Part shown: positions 1 to 9,939 of the stretch, piece by piece | How the letters are laid out: each line of letters opens with the position of its first letter | Position numbering within the stretch: position 1 is the stretch's first letter | Assembly: GCA_041749335.1 (NCBI GenBank) | Contig: JBGTBM010000003.1 | Span: 1 to 58,767 of the forward strand | From: Patescibacteria group bacterium | Lineage (GTDB): Bacteria; Patescibacteriota; JABMPQ01 | Direction: 5' to 3' | DNA: 58,767 nucleotides | Notes under the pieces: generated by a model | What the model saw: the letters and a program-made list of their open reading frames with translations, nothing else | Told to the model about the DNA's origin: nothing | Databases searched by the model: none | Program-made: the position numbers and the translations under genes

Positions 1-405
1 TAGTTTTTTTAAATTATCCGGAAAGAGATAATCGGTTCTTTCATTGCCGCTTTTATCTTTCAATGTTTTCTTTTTAATGCCGGACATTTCCAGATCTCCG
101 CCTCGGCCTTCTTCAATCATCATCTTGGCTTGAGCGTTCCAGTAGCTCTGAGGGATATCTGAAGCTTCAATGACATGCTTTTTATGGTAATGCCTTTTGA
201 TGCGCTCCATCACTCGAGGATCATCGCGATGAGTTAGATGGGTACGCTCCAGCACTTGCATAAAGTCCCGGATCATTTCTGGCGGTTTCTCGGTAAATAC
301 TTCGCCGGCGCGTTTTCTTCTTGCTTGTTCGTGCTTGACCGGAGCTGCTTTGTGCAGTTCGCGGTATTTTTGCTGGATGAATCTTTCGCCTGATCCTTCT
401 CCCAT
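1..405 (-). CDS. hypothetical protein, 3' part cut by window edge
   Basis: ATG at 405 (MGEGSGERFIQQKYRELHKAAP...). The frame stays open to position 1 (135 complete codons). No family recognised. Confidence 0.5.
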   Translation of the reverse strand, partial: MGEGSGERFIQQKYRELHKAAPVKHEQARRKRAGEVFTEKPPEMIRDFMQVLERTHLTHRDDPRVMERIKRHYHKKHVIEASDIPQSYWNAQAKMMIEEGRGGDLEMSGIKKKTLKDKSGNERTDYLFPDNLKKL

Positions 406-489
406 ATATTTGAATGATTATATTTATTATTTGCTTAAATCTTAACTAAACTTACCGAACCGGTCAAATGAAAAAACTTAAAAACAAAG

Positions 490-513
490 CAGGAGCACTA
501 GATTGCGCCCCTG
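490..513. repeat. stem-loop element CAGGAGC-N10-GCCCCTG; near-identical copy at 57538-57561
   Basis: About 60 nt around it (AAAGCAGGAGCACTAGATTGCGCCCCTGTTTTTATGTT) recurs at the other end of the window with a few substitutions. Confidence 0.6.
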
Positions 514-609
514 TTTTTATGTTTTCTTGTTTTAATGCTTTTGTGTTTTAATGCTGCCTGGAAAAATAATTGGAATAATGCTATATATTGATTAACTAAC
601 AATTAATTT

Positions 610-924
610 ATGGCAATTGATAAAAAATTTGTTGCGGTGGGCAATTTAATTGCAAAATCAATCAACAAATCCGGCATCGGCAGGCAAGTGGAAGCGGCCT
701 GTGTTTGCGATTATTACCATCGGGCTCTTGTGGAAACCGATATTAATAAAAAAGCTCTGGATCAATCCAAAGCAATTTATTATTCCCATAAAATATTAAC
801 GGTGGCGGTGCTGGGATCGGTTTGGGCGCAAGAAATTCAAGCGCGCCAGCATCTTATTATCAATAAAATAAACTCGCATTTCAATAAAGAAATAGTCAAT
901 CGCATCAACTTTAAAATCAGCTAG
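610..924 (+). CDS. DUF721/DciA-like small protein
   Basis: 104-aa ORF. Size and the pattern (G..V.....W..IVG / L.V.V.....A.EL) resemble DUF721. Assignment is by eye only. Confidence 0.45.
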   Translation: MAIDKKFVAVGNLIAKSINKSGIGRQVEAACVCDYYHRALVETDINKKALDQSKAIYYSHKILTVAVLGSVWAQEIQARQHLIINKINSHFNKEIVNRINFKIS

Positions 925-1256
925 ATTTTGATAAATTTCTCGGCTTTCACCACAAAAATTGTGGCGCCTCCCACCTGAATCTTAGTCTGCCCGTCCGGTA
1001 TCAGCATATCTCCCGGCTGGCCGGCAGTGAAGACCGGTTGGCCCACCACCTCTTCATAAGTTTTACACGTTTTTTTCACAATTGCCAAAACATCATCCAC
1101 TCTCTCATCTTCCACTCCCATTAAATATGTGGTGTTTTTTCGCTGTAAAAATCCGCCAGTTGTTTCCAATTTGGTAAAATGGTGCTGCTTTTCCACCAAC
1201 ACCTCTTCTAATTCTTTTGAATTTTCTTTGTGCGCGACAATAAATATTAATTTCAT
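921..1256 (-). CDS. darA: cyclic-di-AMP receptor, PII-like (DarA/PstA, YaaQ family)
   Basis: 111 aa. MKLIFIVAHKE...TKLETTGGFLQRKNTTYLMGVEDERVDDVL...GGATIFVVKAEKF matches the YaaQ/DarA pattern. Confidence 0.8.
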   Translation of the reverse strand: MKLIFIVAHKENSKELEEVLVEKQHHFTKLETTGGFLQRKNTTYLMGVEDERVDDVLAIVKKTCKTYEEVVGQPVFTAGQPGDMLIPDGQTKIQVGGATIFVVKAEKFIKI

Positions 1257-1321
1257 AATTTTATTTATTTTTATTATTATAGCATGTTAAAATTATTTGC
1301 TAATAACATTGTAAATTAAAT

Positions 1322-1347
1322 AAAATCCCTCTTTAAAAAGGGATTTT
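1322..1347 (-). terminator. rho-independent terminator downstream of the PBP gene
   Basis: AAAATCCCT / AGGGATTTT stem flanked by T-rich tracts on both strands. Confidence 0.6.
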
Positions 1348-1369
1348 ATATTTTTAAATTGTTTAATTT

Positions 1370-4177
1370 CTACTTTACGGTTACCGCAATTTCATCGCTG
1401 GTTCTGGATCTGCCCTCGCTATCGGTCGCAATCACATATAGTTGATAACTGCCGGCACCGGGATATTTCCAAGTCGCTTGATACAAACTGCCGCTGGATG
1501 GTTTGACCGTGGCGATTAACTCATCTTCTCCCGCTTCCGATTCATAAAACTTAACATTTTGCACACCGGCGCTGGCATAAACATCAACTTCAAGTAAAAG
1601 CGGAAAGTCGCTGCTGCTCAATTCGGTGTTCGCACTGGGATTTTTGAATTCTACCACCGGCGCGCGGTCTACTTTTATGTTAACCGAGATATTGGTTTCC
1701 GTACTGTTTTCGACGATATCATACGCGGTGGCGGTAAGCTTATGGATTCCATTGGAAACATTGGTTAGATTATAAACATAGGAGTAGGGGCCAGTATTAT
1801 CGGAGCCAAAGAGAATATTATCAATATAAAAATCAACTTTTTTGATGCCCAAAGGAGCACTTACTTCCACTCTCGCTTCCAATTTATTTTCTTCGATCAG
1901 TTCATTATTTGCGGGCATGATAATTTCAATTTTTGGCTGATTGGCCGCGGTATGCATGTCATCGGTTTCCGTAGGCGGATCTTCCGTGGCAAAATTTTGC
2001 CCCTTGGCCCAGGCAATCACTGGACCTTCCCAGCGCGCAAACTGTGGATCAACCTGGGGATTTTTCGGATAATCGCCTTGGGGATTATCTTTGTCTACGT
2101 AATATAGAATATTATGCACCCGCTTATAAGTTTTTTCTTCCAATAAGTGCTCCGGACAAAATTCGTTGGCCAGCTTCATGGAGGGCTTGCAAATTTTTAC
2201 AGTGGTTTCTTCCGCGGTTTTTCCGCTTAAAACCGCTTTTTTGGTAACAACCGGATTAGGCTTTTCAAAATATTTTACTTCGACTCCGGAAAGCACGTCA
2301 TTCATAAAAGCGTTCCATATCGGCGCAGCCACATAGATCCCGGCCGCCCCTCCAGCCATAGGAGAGTTATCATTATTGCCGGCCCAGACGCCAACTGCCA
2401 AGTTTGGAGTATAGCCAACGGCCCAGCCGTCTCGATATTCTTGCGTCGTTCCAGTTTTTATCGCAGCCGGCCTTGAGCCTAAATTCATTGCCGAATTTGA
2501 TCCGAAAGTTGGACTTCTGGCAGCATTATCAGATAAAATATCATTAATTTGACGCGCTACCTGTGAATCCAACACCCTGGTTCCTTCCGAAGAAGAGTTG
2601 TCTTCTAATAATTTTCCATTACCATCCACTACTTTCAAGATTGACCGTTTTTCATGCTTTTCTCCATCATTGGCAAAAACGGAAAAAGCCGCCGTTTCTT
2701 CCAGCAGCTTAACTTCGCCTCCTCCCAATACTAATGATAATCCGTATCTTTCCGGATCAGTTAAAGTTGAAATTCCCATTTCCTTGGCGAGCTCAATCGT
2801 GGCATCTACTCCGGCCAGATATAATGTTTTTACCGCGGTGATATTTTTTGAATTGGCCAAAGCGGCGCGCATCGTCATCGGTCCACCTTCGCCCAGATTA
2901 TAATTTTTAGGAATGTATCCTCCGCCAAAATCGGTAATCAAATCAAATAAAATGGTGTCGGGAGTGTAGCCTTTTTGAAAAGCCTTGGCATAAGCAAAGG
3001 GCTTAAATGAAGATCCCGGCTGGCGATTACTTAAAGCGACATTAACATTGCCGTCATTTTCTTTGTCCCAATAATCCTTGGATCCCTGCATGGCCAAAAT
3101 ATCCCCATTTTCCGGATCTATAGCAACCAGAGCCGCATTGGAAGCATTGTATCTTTTATTGCGCTCCACGCCTTCCGGTACAACTCTTTCGGCTGTGCGC
3201 TGCATATCCATATTCAAGGTGGTATATACCTGCAAACCGCCCTGCTCAACCATTTTCTCTCCATACTTTTCCACCAGCTGTTCCTTAACATAAATTACAA
3301 AGTGGGGAGCAATAATTCCGCCCTTTAATTCCTCAAATTTCAACTCTTCCGCTTTGGCATTTTCCGCTTCTTCCCCACTTATATAGCCTAAATCAAGCAT
3401 GCGATCCAGCACCCATTCCTGTCTGGTTTTCAATCCTTCTATATTAGTCCCGTAGGGAGAATAATAAGTCGGCGCCTGCGGCAGAGAAGCTAAAAGAGCT
3501 GCCTCCGCAAGAGTTAACTCGTTGGCATTTTTATCAAAAAAGGTTTTGGAAGCGGCTTGTACGCCATAGGCGTTAGATCCGTAGGGGATTTCATTTAAAT
3601 ACATCTGTAAAATATCGTCTTTTTCAAATTTCATTTCCACTTCCAAAGACAAAATCAGTTCTTTTAATTTGCGAGTATAAGTTTTTTCGGCAGTTAATAT
3701 CGAATTTTTGACAAATTGCTGCGTGATCGTGGAACCGCCCGGTTTTTCTCCGCTTGAAATGTTGGTAAATACCGCCCGCAATATTCCAACCGGATCAAAA
3801 CCAAAATGCTTATAAAAATGCTGGTCTTCAGCGGCGATGGTAGCCTCTCTAATATATTCACTCATTTGATCCAATGGCACGACCGTTCTTTTAACTTCTC
3901 CGTGAACCTCATAAAGCAAGGTATTGCCCGTCCGATCATATATCTTGGTGGACTGGGCGACATTGCGCAGATTTATTTTATCCGGACTGGGCAAATCTTT
4001 AGAAAGATATGCAAAAACGGCAATTACCGCTATTACAAAAAAGGCAAAAAACACAGCTATAGTCGCTAACAATTTTCGGCGGAATTTCTTGTTTTTTAAT
4101 TTTCTTCTAATTGCGCTCCAAAAAGTTTTATTCCTTTTAGATGCGCCACGAAAATTTCGATAAGATTTATCCAACAT
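1370..4177 (-). CDS. class A penicillin-binding protein (transglycosylase/transpeptidase) with C-terminal Ig-like domains
   Basis: GT51 motifs EDQHFYKHFGFD and GGSTITQQ. Transpeptidase motifs SSFKP and KTGTT. N-terminal TM anchor. Confidence 0.9.
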   Translation of the reverse strand: MLDKSYRNFRGASKRNKTFWSAIRRKLKNKKFRRKLLATIAVFFAFFVIAVIAVFAYLSKDLPSPDKINLRNVAQSTKIYDRTGNTLLYEVHGEVKRTVVPLDQMSEYIREATIAAEDQHFYKHFGFDPVGILRAVFTNISSGEKPGGSTITQQFVKNSILTAEKTYTRKLKELILSLEVEMKFEKDDILQMYLNEIPYGSNAYGVQAASKTFFDKNANELTLAEAALLASLPQAPTYYSPYGTNIEGLKTRQEWVLDRMLDLGYISGEEAENAKAEELKFEELKGGIIAPHFVIYVKEQLVEKYGEKMVEQGGLQVYTTLNMDMQRTAERVVPEGVERNKRYNASNAALVAIDPENGDILAMQGSKDYWDKENDGNVNVALSNRQPGSSFKPFAYAKAFQKGYTPDTILFDLITDFGGGYIPKNYNLGEGGPMTMRAALANSKNITAVKTLYLAGVDATIELAKEMGISTLTDPERYGLSLVLGGGEVKLLEETAAFSVFANDGEKHEKRSILKVVDGNGKLLEDNSSSEGTRVLDSQVARQINDILSDNAARSPTFGSNSAMNLGSRPAAIKTGTTQEYRDGWAVGYTPNLAVGVWAGNNDNSPMAGGAAGIYVAAPIWNAFMNDVLSGVEVKYFEKPNPVVTKKAVLSGKTAEETTVKICKPSMKLANEFCPEHLLEEKTYKRVHNILYYVDKDNPQGDYPKNPQVDPQFARWEGPVIAWAKGQNFATEDPPTETDDMHTAANQPKIEIIMPANNELIEENKLEARVEVSAPLGIKKVDFYIDNILFGSDNTGPYSYVYNLTNVSNGIHKLTATAYDIVENSTETNISVNIKVDRAPVVEFKNPSANTELSSSDFPLLLEVDVYASAGVQNVKFYESEAGEDELIATVKPSSGSLYQATWKYPGAGSYQLYVIATDSEGRSRTSDEIAVTVK

Positions 4178-4244
4178 ATAATTATTAATAAATTTTTAAC
4201 AGAGAACAAGACATTGATTGCTCGCTGTTTTCGCAATTTATTAA

Positions 4245-6929
4245 TTATTTAATAATTTTCTTGAAATTTTTTAAATCCACGACTCGGTTTGATTTTACCG
4301 TCCCTAAATCTTCCTTCTCATCTGATTTTCGCTTTGATTTTCGATTTATTTCCCGTTTAATACCCTGATAGATAAAGAAATTCACCACCAAAACCGACAA
4401 AACGACAATAAATGGCACGGCCCGATCATTGAATAGTCTTTTGCTGAATAACACCAGAGAGGCTTTTAATTTTTCATAGTATTTATCTGCCGAATTCTGA
4501 TAGTGCGCTACATTTTTATTTCCCGATAAAGATACCTTAAGATCATCGCTTCTAATGCTCTCATTACCCTTAAGATCATAAACCGACAGGCTGACATAAT
4601 AATTAAATCCATTTTCCAATCCTTTCAAGGAATGATTGATTTTGTCCGAGGAAACTTCTGCCACTTCGTAATAACCGCTTTCTTTTTTATAAAATATTTT
4701 ATAACCGGCGATGTCTTCCTCGCTGCCTTTCTCCCATTTTACAAATATTTCTCCATCCAAAGGAACAGCTTCAATCTGCGCCGGAATGACGGGAGCAATA
4801 TTATCTATGGTTTCCACCGCCACTATATTTGACAGCTCGGAATAATTTCCCGCTTCATCAATTGCGCGCGCCGCAATCGTGTATTTTTTCCCCGGATCCA
4901 ATCCACCCGCTTGCCAAGTTTGTTCCTGTAAGGATTCTAGGGGTTTGGGCGTATTTTCAAAACGCTTGGCTTCCGAAAAATTATTTTCATTGATTTCATT
5001 TTCTGAATATCTGATATCAAATTGATCGGCCGCGCCGGACAAATAATCATCCCCGGCATTGATCCAAGACAGGGTAGCAGAGGTTGCGTCTATTTCCAAG
5101 ACCTCTATATTATTGATGGTTCCCGGAAAATATTGATCTGAAGGAACTACGGATATTTCCGAGCTAGTTCTTAAAGCCAGTTCTTCCTTGCTCATTTCCG
5201 CCTCACTCAATCCTTCATTTCCGCTAAGCGCCATCAAAGAGAAATAGTAGGTTTTACCGTTATGCAAATTCTCGAAAGTATACTCGCTTTGATCATAAAT
5301 ATCAATATATTCTTCCTGCCACTCATCAGTGCTGTCAGCATAGCTATACTCGCCGCTTTTTATTTTTTCCAGTAATTCCTGCGCGGATAAATTTTCCAAG
5401 CTTTCATTGTCATCTTCTAAATCAAGGCCTTCTTTCTCCTTAATGGTTAAACGATATCCCTTAATGGCATCGTTATCCGCTTTATCCCACGTGATATATA
5501 TTGCTTCGTCCAAAGCCTGCGCCTTAATGCCTGTCGGCCGCCCCATCTTCTTGCCTAAATTTTCCCTTATAACCTCATAGTTTTGCGGATCTTCGCTGCC
5601 TAATCTCCAAATGGCAATACCGCCGATATTTAGTTCTTTCACGGCTTTAAGCTTTTCGTCAATGCTTTGATAATTTTCGTAATATACCGCTTTGGTATTA
5701 TTGTTGTCATCCACGTAAATAAACCAGGGGCTCTTGGCCATATCGTTCCATTCCAGCACGGGATCATACCGAGAAATAATATTCTGCACCCCATCCCAAG
5801 TCAGTCCTTTGCTTTCACAGCTATCAACTTCGCTGGTACACCATTGGTATGCGTAAGTTGGAATACCGGCAATAATTTTTTCTTCCGGAACTTTAGATTT
5901 CGCGTATTCCAAGACCTCCTTGAACCAATAAAGCGGGGCGATCGGTCCCGGGTCGGTATTAAGGCGAGAATAGTCATAAGTCATTATCCTGAATTGATCA
6001 GCCACCTGCCCCAATTTTTTAAAATTCAGCGCGCCCACTCCGTCCCAGATATTAGCATCGGATTTTTTAGCTTGGACGGTAACTGACAATAATTTTCCTT
6101 TTTCGTGCAATTTTTCCGCCAAGTTTTCAATAAAGTAAGTAAAATTGTCCTTTATCTCTATGCCAAGATTTTCGTAATCAATATCAATGCCCTCATAATC
6201 ATTAATCAAAACTTCATTGACAATATTTTCAAGATGTTGGCGTGTTTTCTCTTCATCTTTAAGCAATTCCGAAAGCTTTCCGTCCTCATCAAAATTATTG
6301 GTAATTGTGGGGATTATATTTATTTGTTTATTTTTAGCACTGGAAGCTACTTCTTCATTAATTATTTGTCCGCGTTTTTCCAGAGTTCCATCCGCTTGAG
6401 CTGAATACCAAAAAGGGCTTAAATCCGTAAAAACATCAGTATTGTCCATAAATGTTCTCTGAGCGTCATCCAGATCAGCAGTAGCCTGCATCCAACCGGC
6501 TACCTTAAAATTTTTGAGGTGGGAGCTATCCGGAGAAAAGCTGATTTCGTTGCTTTTTGGCCCAATGTTTTTTGATGTATCCTGGGCGGCTAAACTTATT
6601 TGGTAGGTTTTTTCCGGATTTAAATTTTCTAACAAATAATTATCGGCTTTACCGATAAAAATCGGCTCTTTCTCCGATTTACCTTCTTCGCGGACATACA
6701 ATAAATAAGAAAAAACGTCCGGCTCATAATTTTCCTTCCAGTTGAAATGGGCTGATTTTACACCAACCTTGATAGAAAAGTTTTGCGGGGCACGGGGCGC
6801 AAGTTGATCATATGGCTGCGATAAAACACGCAGATTGCTCCAGCCGGAAAATAAAAATATCAGCAAAAAAATAAAAACAAAAATAGCTGCCCCGGATAAT
6901 ATTTTTTTTCTTTTAAGTTTGTTTTTCAT
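4245..6929 (-). CDS. GH18 glycoside hydrolase (chitinase/YaaH-like) with fibronectin-III-like repeats
   Basis: GH18 catalytic motif GIDIDYE. N-terminal signal/TM and C-terminal TM. Repeated FN3-like blocks (Y.F.V.A.D..GN.S). Confidence 0.8.
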   Translation of the reverse strand: MKNKLKRKKILSGAAIFVFIFLLIFLFSGWSNLRVLSQPYDQLAPRAPQNFSIKVGVKSAHFNWKENYEPDVFSYLLYVREEGKSEKEPIFIGKADNYLLENLNPEKTYQISLAAQDTSKNIGPKSNEISFSPDSSHLKNFKVAGWMQATADLDDAQRTFMDNTDVFTDLSPFWYSAQADGTLEKRGQIINEEVASSAKNKQINIIPTITNNFDEDGKLSELLKDEEKTRQHLENIVNEVLINDYEGIDIDYENLGIEIKDNFTYFIENLAEKLHEKGKLLSVTVQAKKSDANIWDGVGALNFKKLGQVADQFRIMTYDYSRLNTDPGPIAPLYWFKEVLEYAKSKVPEEKIIAGIPTYAYQWCTSEVDSCESKGLTWDGVQNIISRYDPVLEWNDMAKSPWFIYVDDNNNTKAVYYENYQSIDEKLKAVKELNIGGIAIWRLGSEDPQNYEVIRENLGKKMGRPTGIKAQALDEAIYITWDKADNDAIKGYRLTIKEKEGLDLEDDNESLENLSAQELLEKIKSGEYSYADSTDEWQEEYIDIYDQSEYTFENLHNGKTYYFSLMALSGNEGLSEAEMSKEELALRTSSEISVVPSDQYFPGTINNIEVLEIDATSATLSWINAGDDYLSGAADQFDIRYSENEINENNFSEAKRFENTPKPLESLQEQTWQAGGLDPGKKYTIAARAIDEAGNYSELSNIVAVETIDNIAPVIPAQIEAVPLDGEIFVKWEKGSEEDIAGYKIFYKKESGYYEVAEVSSDKINHSLKGLENGFNYYVSLSVYDLKGNESIRSDDLKVSLSGNKNVAHYQNSADKYYEKLKASLVLFSKRLFNDRAVPFIVVLSVLVVNFFIYQGIKREINRKSKRKSDEKEDLGTVKSNRVVDLKNFKKIIK

Positions 6930-7074
6930 CTAATATCAAAATTGGGTATATGGGCTTGATAGTTATATAAATTATAACAAAAACAAAGTATTTTTAACAG
7001 ATAAATTTACAAAATACTAAAACAAAAAACCACCTTTTAAAAAGTGGCTTTTTGCTATATGTAAAATCTGATTA

Positions 7075-7359
7075 TTATCTGACTGAATCTTTCAAAGTTT
7101 TACCGGCAGTAAATTTAGGTACTTTCATGGCAGGAATGGTGATTTTTTCAGTTGGATTTTGTGGATTAACGCCCTGTCTTTCCTTGCGGTGTGAAATTGA
7201 AAAAGATCCAAATCCGGTAATGGTAACGGCTTTATCAACTTTAAGGTTATCGGTTATAACATCGATCAGAGAATTTAAAACTTTTTCCGCTTCAGATTTT
7301 GAAACCGCAGCCTTAGAAGCCAATGCCTCTACTAATTCCATTTTGTTCATTGTTTTCAC
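7075..7359 (-). CDS. hup: HU family DNA-binding protein
   Basis: MNKMELVEALA...FGSFSISHRKERQGVNPQNPTEKITIPAMKVPKFTAGKTLKD. Classic HU sequence. Confidence 0.9.
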   Translation of the reverse strand: MKTMNKMELVEALASKAAVSKSEAEKVLNSLIDVITDNLKVDKAVTITGFGSFSISHRKERQGVNPQNPTEKITIPAMKVPKFTAGKTLKDSVR

Positions 7360-7682
7360 CCCCTTTCGTTGATTTTTATTTTATAAATCATTTTTCCGTT
7401 TATGCTTTATTATTATATAGCAACTTGCTGTTTAGAAAATAATATTTTATCCACAGAAATATAATTTATCATAGCTTATTTAAGCGTAATTAACAATGTG
7501 TATAGTTTTTTTATAAGAAATCTTTACTATTTAGCCAATTTATATTTATTAACGCTGTTTATATTTTGCAGTGTTTATCAAAATAAAAATTGATGTTTTT
7601 TACGATTCGTGCAGTTAATTTCATCAGATAATATTGTTGCAATTGCCTTGAAATATGCTATATTGATTTACTATTTAAACTC

Positions 7683-7934
7683 ATGGATAAAAAAAATAAT
7701 TTTCAAAAAGTTACGCTAACGAAATTTGAAGGCGAATGTGCCGTCTTGAAGCTTAATAGCGGAGAAGAAATAAAGTGGCAAAAAAGCAAACTTCCTGATA
7801 ATCTTAAGATAGGAGATGTTTTTTATCTAATCGCCCAAGCAAATTTATTATCTGAAGAAAAAAATCAGCAGCAAATCGCCGCTCGCCTCCTAGAGGAAAT
7901 TTTAAATGGAAACGAAGAAAAAGAAAAATCATAA
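7683..7934 (+). CDS. DUF3006-like small protein
   Basis: 83 aa. The N-terminus FEGECAVLKL...LP..LKIGDVF resembles DUF3006. The 3' end overlaps the next gene. Confidence 0.4.
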   Translation: MDKKNNFQKVTLTKFEGECAVLKLNSGEEIKWQKSKLPDNLKIGDVFYLIAQANLLSEEKNQQQIAARLLEEILNGNEEKEKS

Positions 7935-9687
7935 ATTTATCCCAGCAATCGAAAGATTTTTAAGCCCTGTTTTTTTTATCATGCTTGTTATCATATTATA
8001 TCTGGGTATTTGCTTATTTTGCCTGGATTTTTTTTATAAAGCCAAATTTTTTCCGCACACTTATATCGTTAATGCTGATGTTTCAGGAAAAAGCAGGCTA
8101 GAGGCAAGAGACATGCTGCAAGCAAAGGTAGATACCTACAATCAAGGTCTGATATTTATAAAGGAAGGAATGGAAAAAAAATATCTTCCGCAGGATATTG
8201 GAATAAATATTAATGTGGAAAAAACATTAGCTCGATCTTATGAATTTGGGCGCGAACCGATGTCGATTAAGGCAATATTGGAAAAGTTTTCCTTATTCGG
8301 CAGTTATAAAAATTTTGATATTGCCTATACTGTCAACCAAGAGTTGCTGCAAAATTTTATTGATAACGAGTTTATTCCCGACAGCACTTCAAGAAATAGC
8401 TCATTAGAATTTAAGGACGATAAATTTAATTTTATTGAGGGACAAGAAGGCCAAGCCTTAAATAAAAAATATTTAGCGGCTCAAATTTCTCGCTCCATCA
8501 AAAATCTTTCTACTAAAAAAATAATTGCTCCTTTGGATAAAATTTCATCAACCATAACAGAGGATGAAACAGCCATCGCTAAAATTGAAGCCCGGCAACT
8601 ATTAAACAAAAAAATAAATTTAAAGTTTGAAGAGCGAGCATGGGCGATAAAAGAAGATAAAATTAAAAACTGGATAGACTTTACTCCCAAAGAGCATGAA
8701 CGGTTAACCACTAATCAATATTTAGCCGCCGACAATTATGATTTAGACAAATTTATTGCCGGAAGCTTGGGATTAAATAAGCTTAATGAAAATAACCATA
8801 ACCAAATTCTTACCGCCACTTTAAATAGAGAAGCGGTCGGGAAGTATTTACAAGAAATCGCGACAGGTATTAATATCAAGGCTCAAAACGCCAGATTTAA
8901 AATAAATAATGACAGCCTGGAATTGCTTAAGCCGGCAGAAAAAGGCCGAGAATTGCTAATTGATAAAAATCACGAGGGCATCATCAGCGCTATTTTTGCA
9001 AATGAAATGGAATTTGCGCTGATTACCAGAGAAACTGGAGCGGATATTACCGAAAACAATATCAATGATTTGGGCATAGTTGAAATTATTGCCGTTGGCG
9101 AATCAGATTTTTCCAATTCTCCTCAAAATCGCCGCCATAATATTGCCGTTGCCTCCGAAAAGTTAAATGGTATACTAATAAAACCCCGGGAGGAATACTC
9201 TTTGGTAGAAAATATTGGAGAAGTAAACGCAGAAACAGGCTATTTGCCCGAACTGGTCATTAAAGAAAATAAGACTATTCCGGAATATGGAGGCGGCCTT
9301 TGCCAAATTGCCACCACCAACTTCCGGGCAGCCGTTAACGCCGGCTTGGAAATTACTGAAAGAAAAAGCCATTCTTATGCCGTATCTTACTATAACCCTC
9401 AAGGCACGGATGCTACCGTCTACATACCCCGTCCAGATCTTCGCTTCATTAACGACACTCCGGGAAATATCTTAATCCAAACCAAAATTGAAGGCAATAA
9501 GTTGTATTTTGAATTTTATGGAACCAAGGATGGCCGTGAAATAGAATTGGAAGGGCCATATTATTGGGACAGAAGATCGGATGGATCTTTCAAAGCCAAA
9601 TGGATTCAAATCGTAAAAATAAATAACGAGATTATTAGACGACAAGAATTTATAAGTTTTTACGACAATCCGGCTAAATATCATTAA
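7906..9687 (+). CDS. VanW family protein
   Basis: N-terminal TM. VanW core GGGLCQIATTNFRAAVNAGLEITERKSHSY. Confidence 0.8.
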   Translation: METKKKKNHKFIPAIERFLSPVFFIMLVIILYLGICLFCLDFFYKAKFFPHTYIVNADVSGKSRLEARDMLQAKVDTYNQGLIFIKEGMEKKYLPQDIGININVEKTLARSYEFGREPMSIKAILEKFSLFGSYKNFDIAYTVNQELLQNFIDNEFIPDSTSRNSSLEFKDDKFNFIEGQEGQALNKKYLAAQISRSIKNLSTKKIIAPLDKISSTITEDETAIAKIEARQLLNKKINLKFEERAWAIKEDKIKNWIDFTPKEHERLTTNQYLAADNYDLDKFIAGSLGLNKLNENNHNQILTATLNREAVGKYLQEIATGINIKAQNARFKINNDSLELLKPAEKGRELLIDKNHEGIISAIFANEMEFALITRETGADITENNINDLGIVEIIAVGESDFSNSPQNRRHNIAVASEKLNGILIKPREEYSLVENIGEVNAETGYLPELVIKENKTIPEYGGGLCQIATTNFRAAVNAGLEITERKSHSYAVSYYNPQGTDATVYIPRPDLRFINDTPGNILIQTKIEGNKLYFEFYGTKDGREIELEGPYYWDRRSDGSFKAKWIQIVKINNEIIRRQEFISFYDNPAKYH

Positions 9688-9695
9688 AAAATAAA

Positions 9696-9717
9696 AAATG
9701 AGCAAATGAGCTCATTT
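9696..9717 (-). terminator. minus-strand terminator hairpin
   Basis: AAATGAGC / GCTCATTT stem. The T-run follows only on the minus strand (plus-strand A-run 9686-9698). Confidence 0.5.
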
Positions 9718-9726
9718 ACAAAAAAC

Positions 9727-9842
9727 CATGCTGCTACCGAGGGACCTGTAGGCAAAAAAACCTTTAGAGGGTGAAGAAAGCGGGCGCTGTCTTGCCCTTT
9801 CAAGACTTTCTTGCTGCCTACAGATCCCTAAGTACAAGCATG
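9727..9842 (-). ncRNA. unclassified structured RNA candidate (about 115-nt imperfect long hairpin)
   Basis: G+C-rich island between vanW-like gene and ruvB. CATGCTGCTACCGAGGGACCTGTAGGC pairs with GCCTACAGATCCCTAAGTACAAGCATG, with G-U-compatible changes. The apical part forms two further helices. A U-run and then a second terminator follow on the minus strand. Confidence 0.45.
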
Positions 9843-9939
9843 ATTACTTTAATAACAAGTTATCTTAACATATCTTACTTTCCTTGTCAATACTTTCTGA
9901 CAAATGCTCAAATTTTTTACATTTTTAGCTTAAATAAGA

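Noticed and set aside
2044-4163. Antisense ORFs inside the PBP gene; likewise 4632-6404 inside the GH18 gene, 12090-12779 inside queA, 25263-26406 inside rny, and others
   Set aside because: They are short, low-complexity translations lying wholly inside well-supported genes on the opposite strand.
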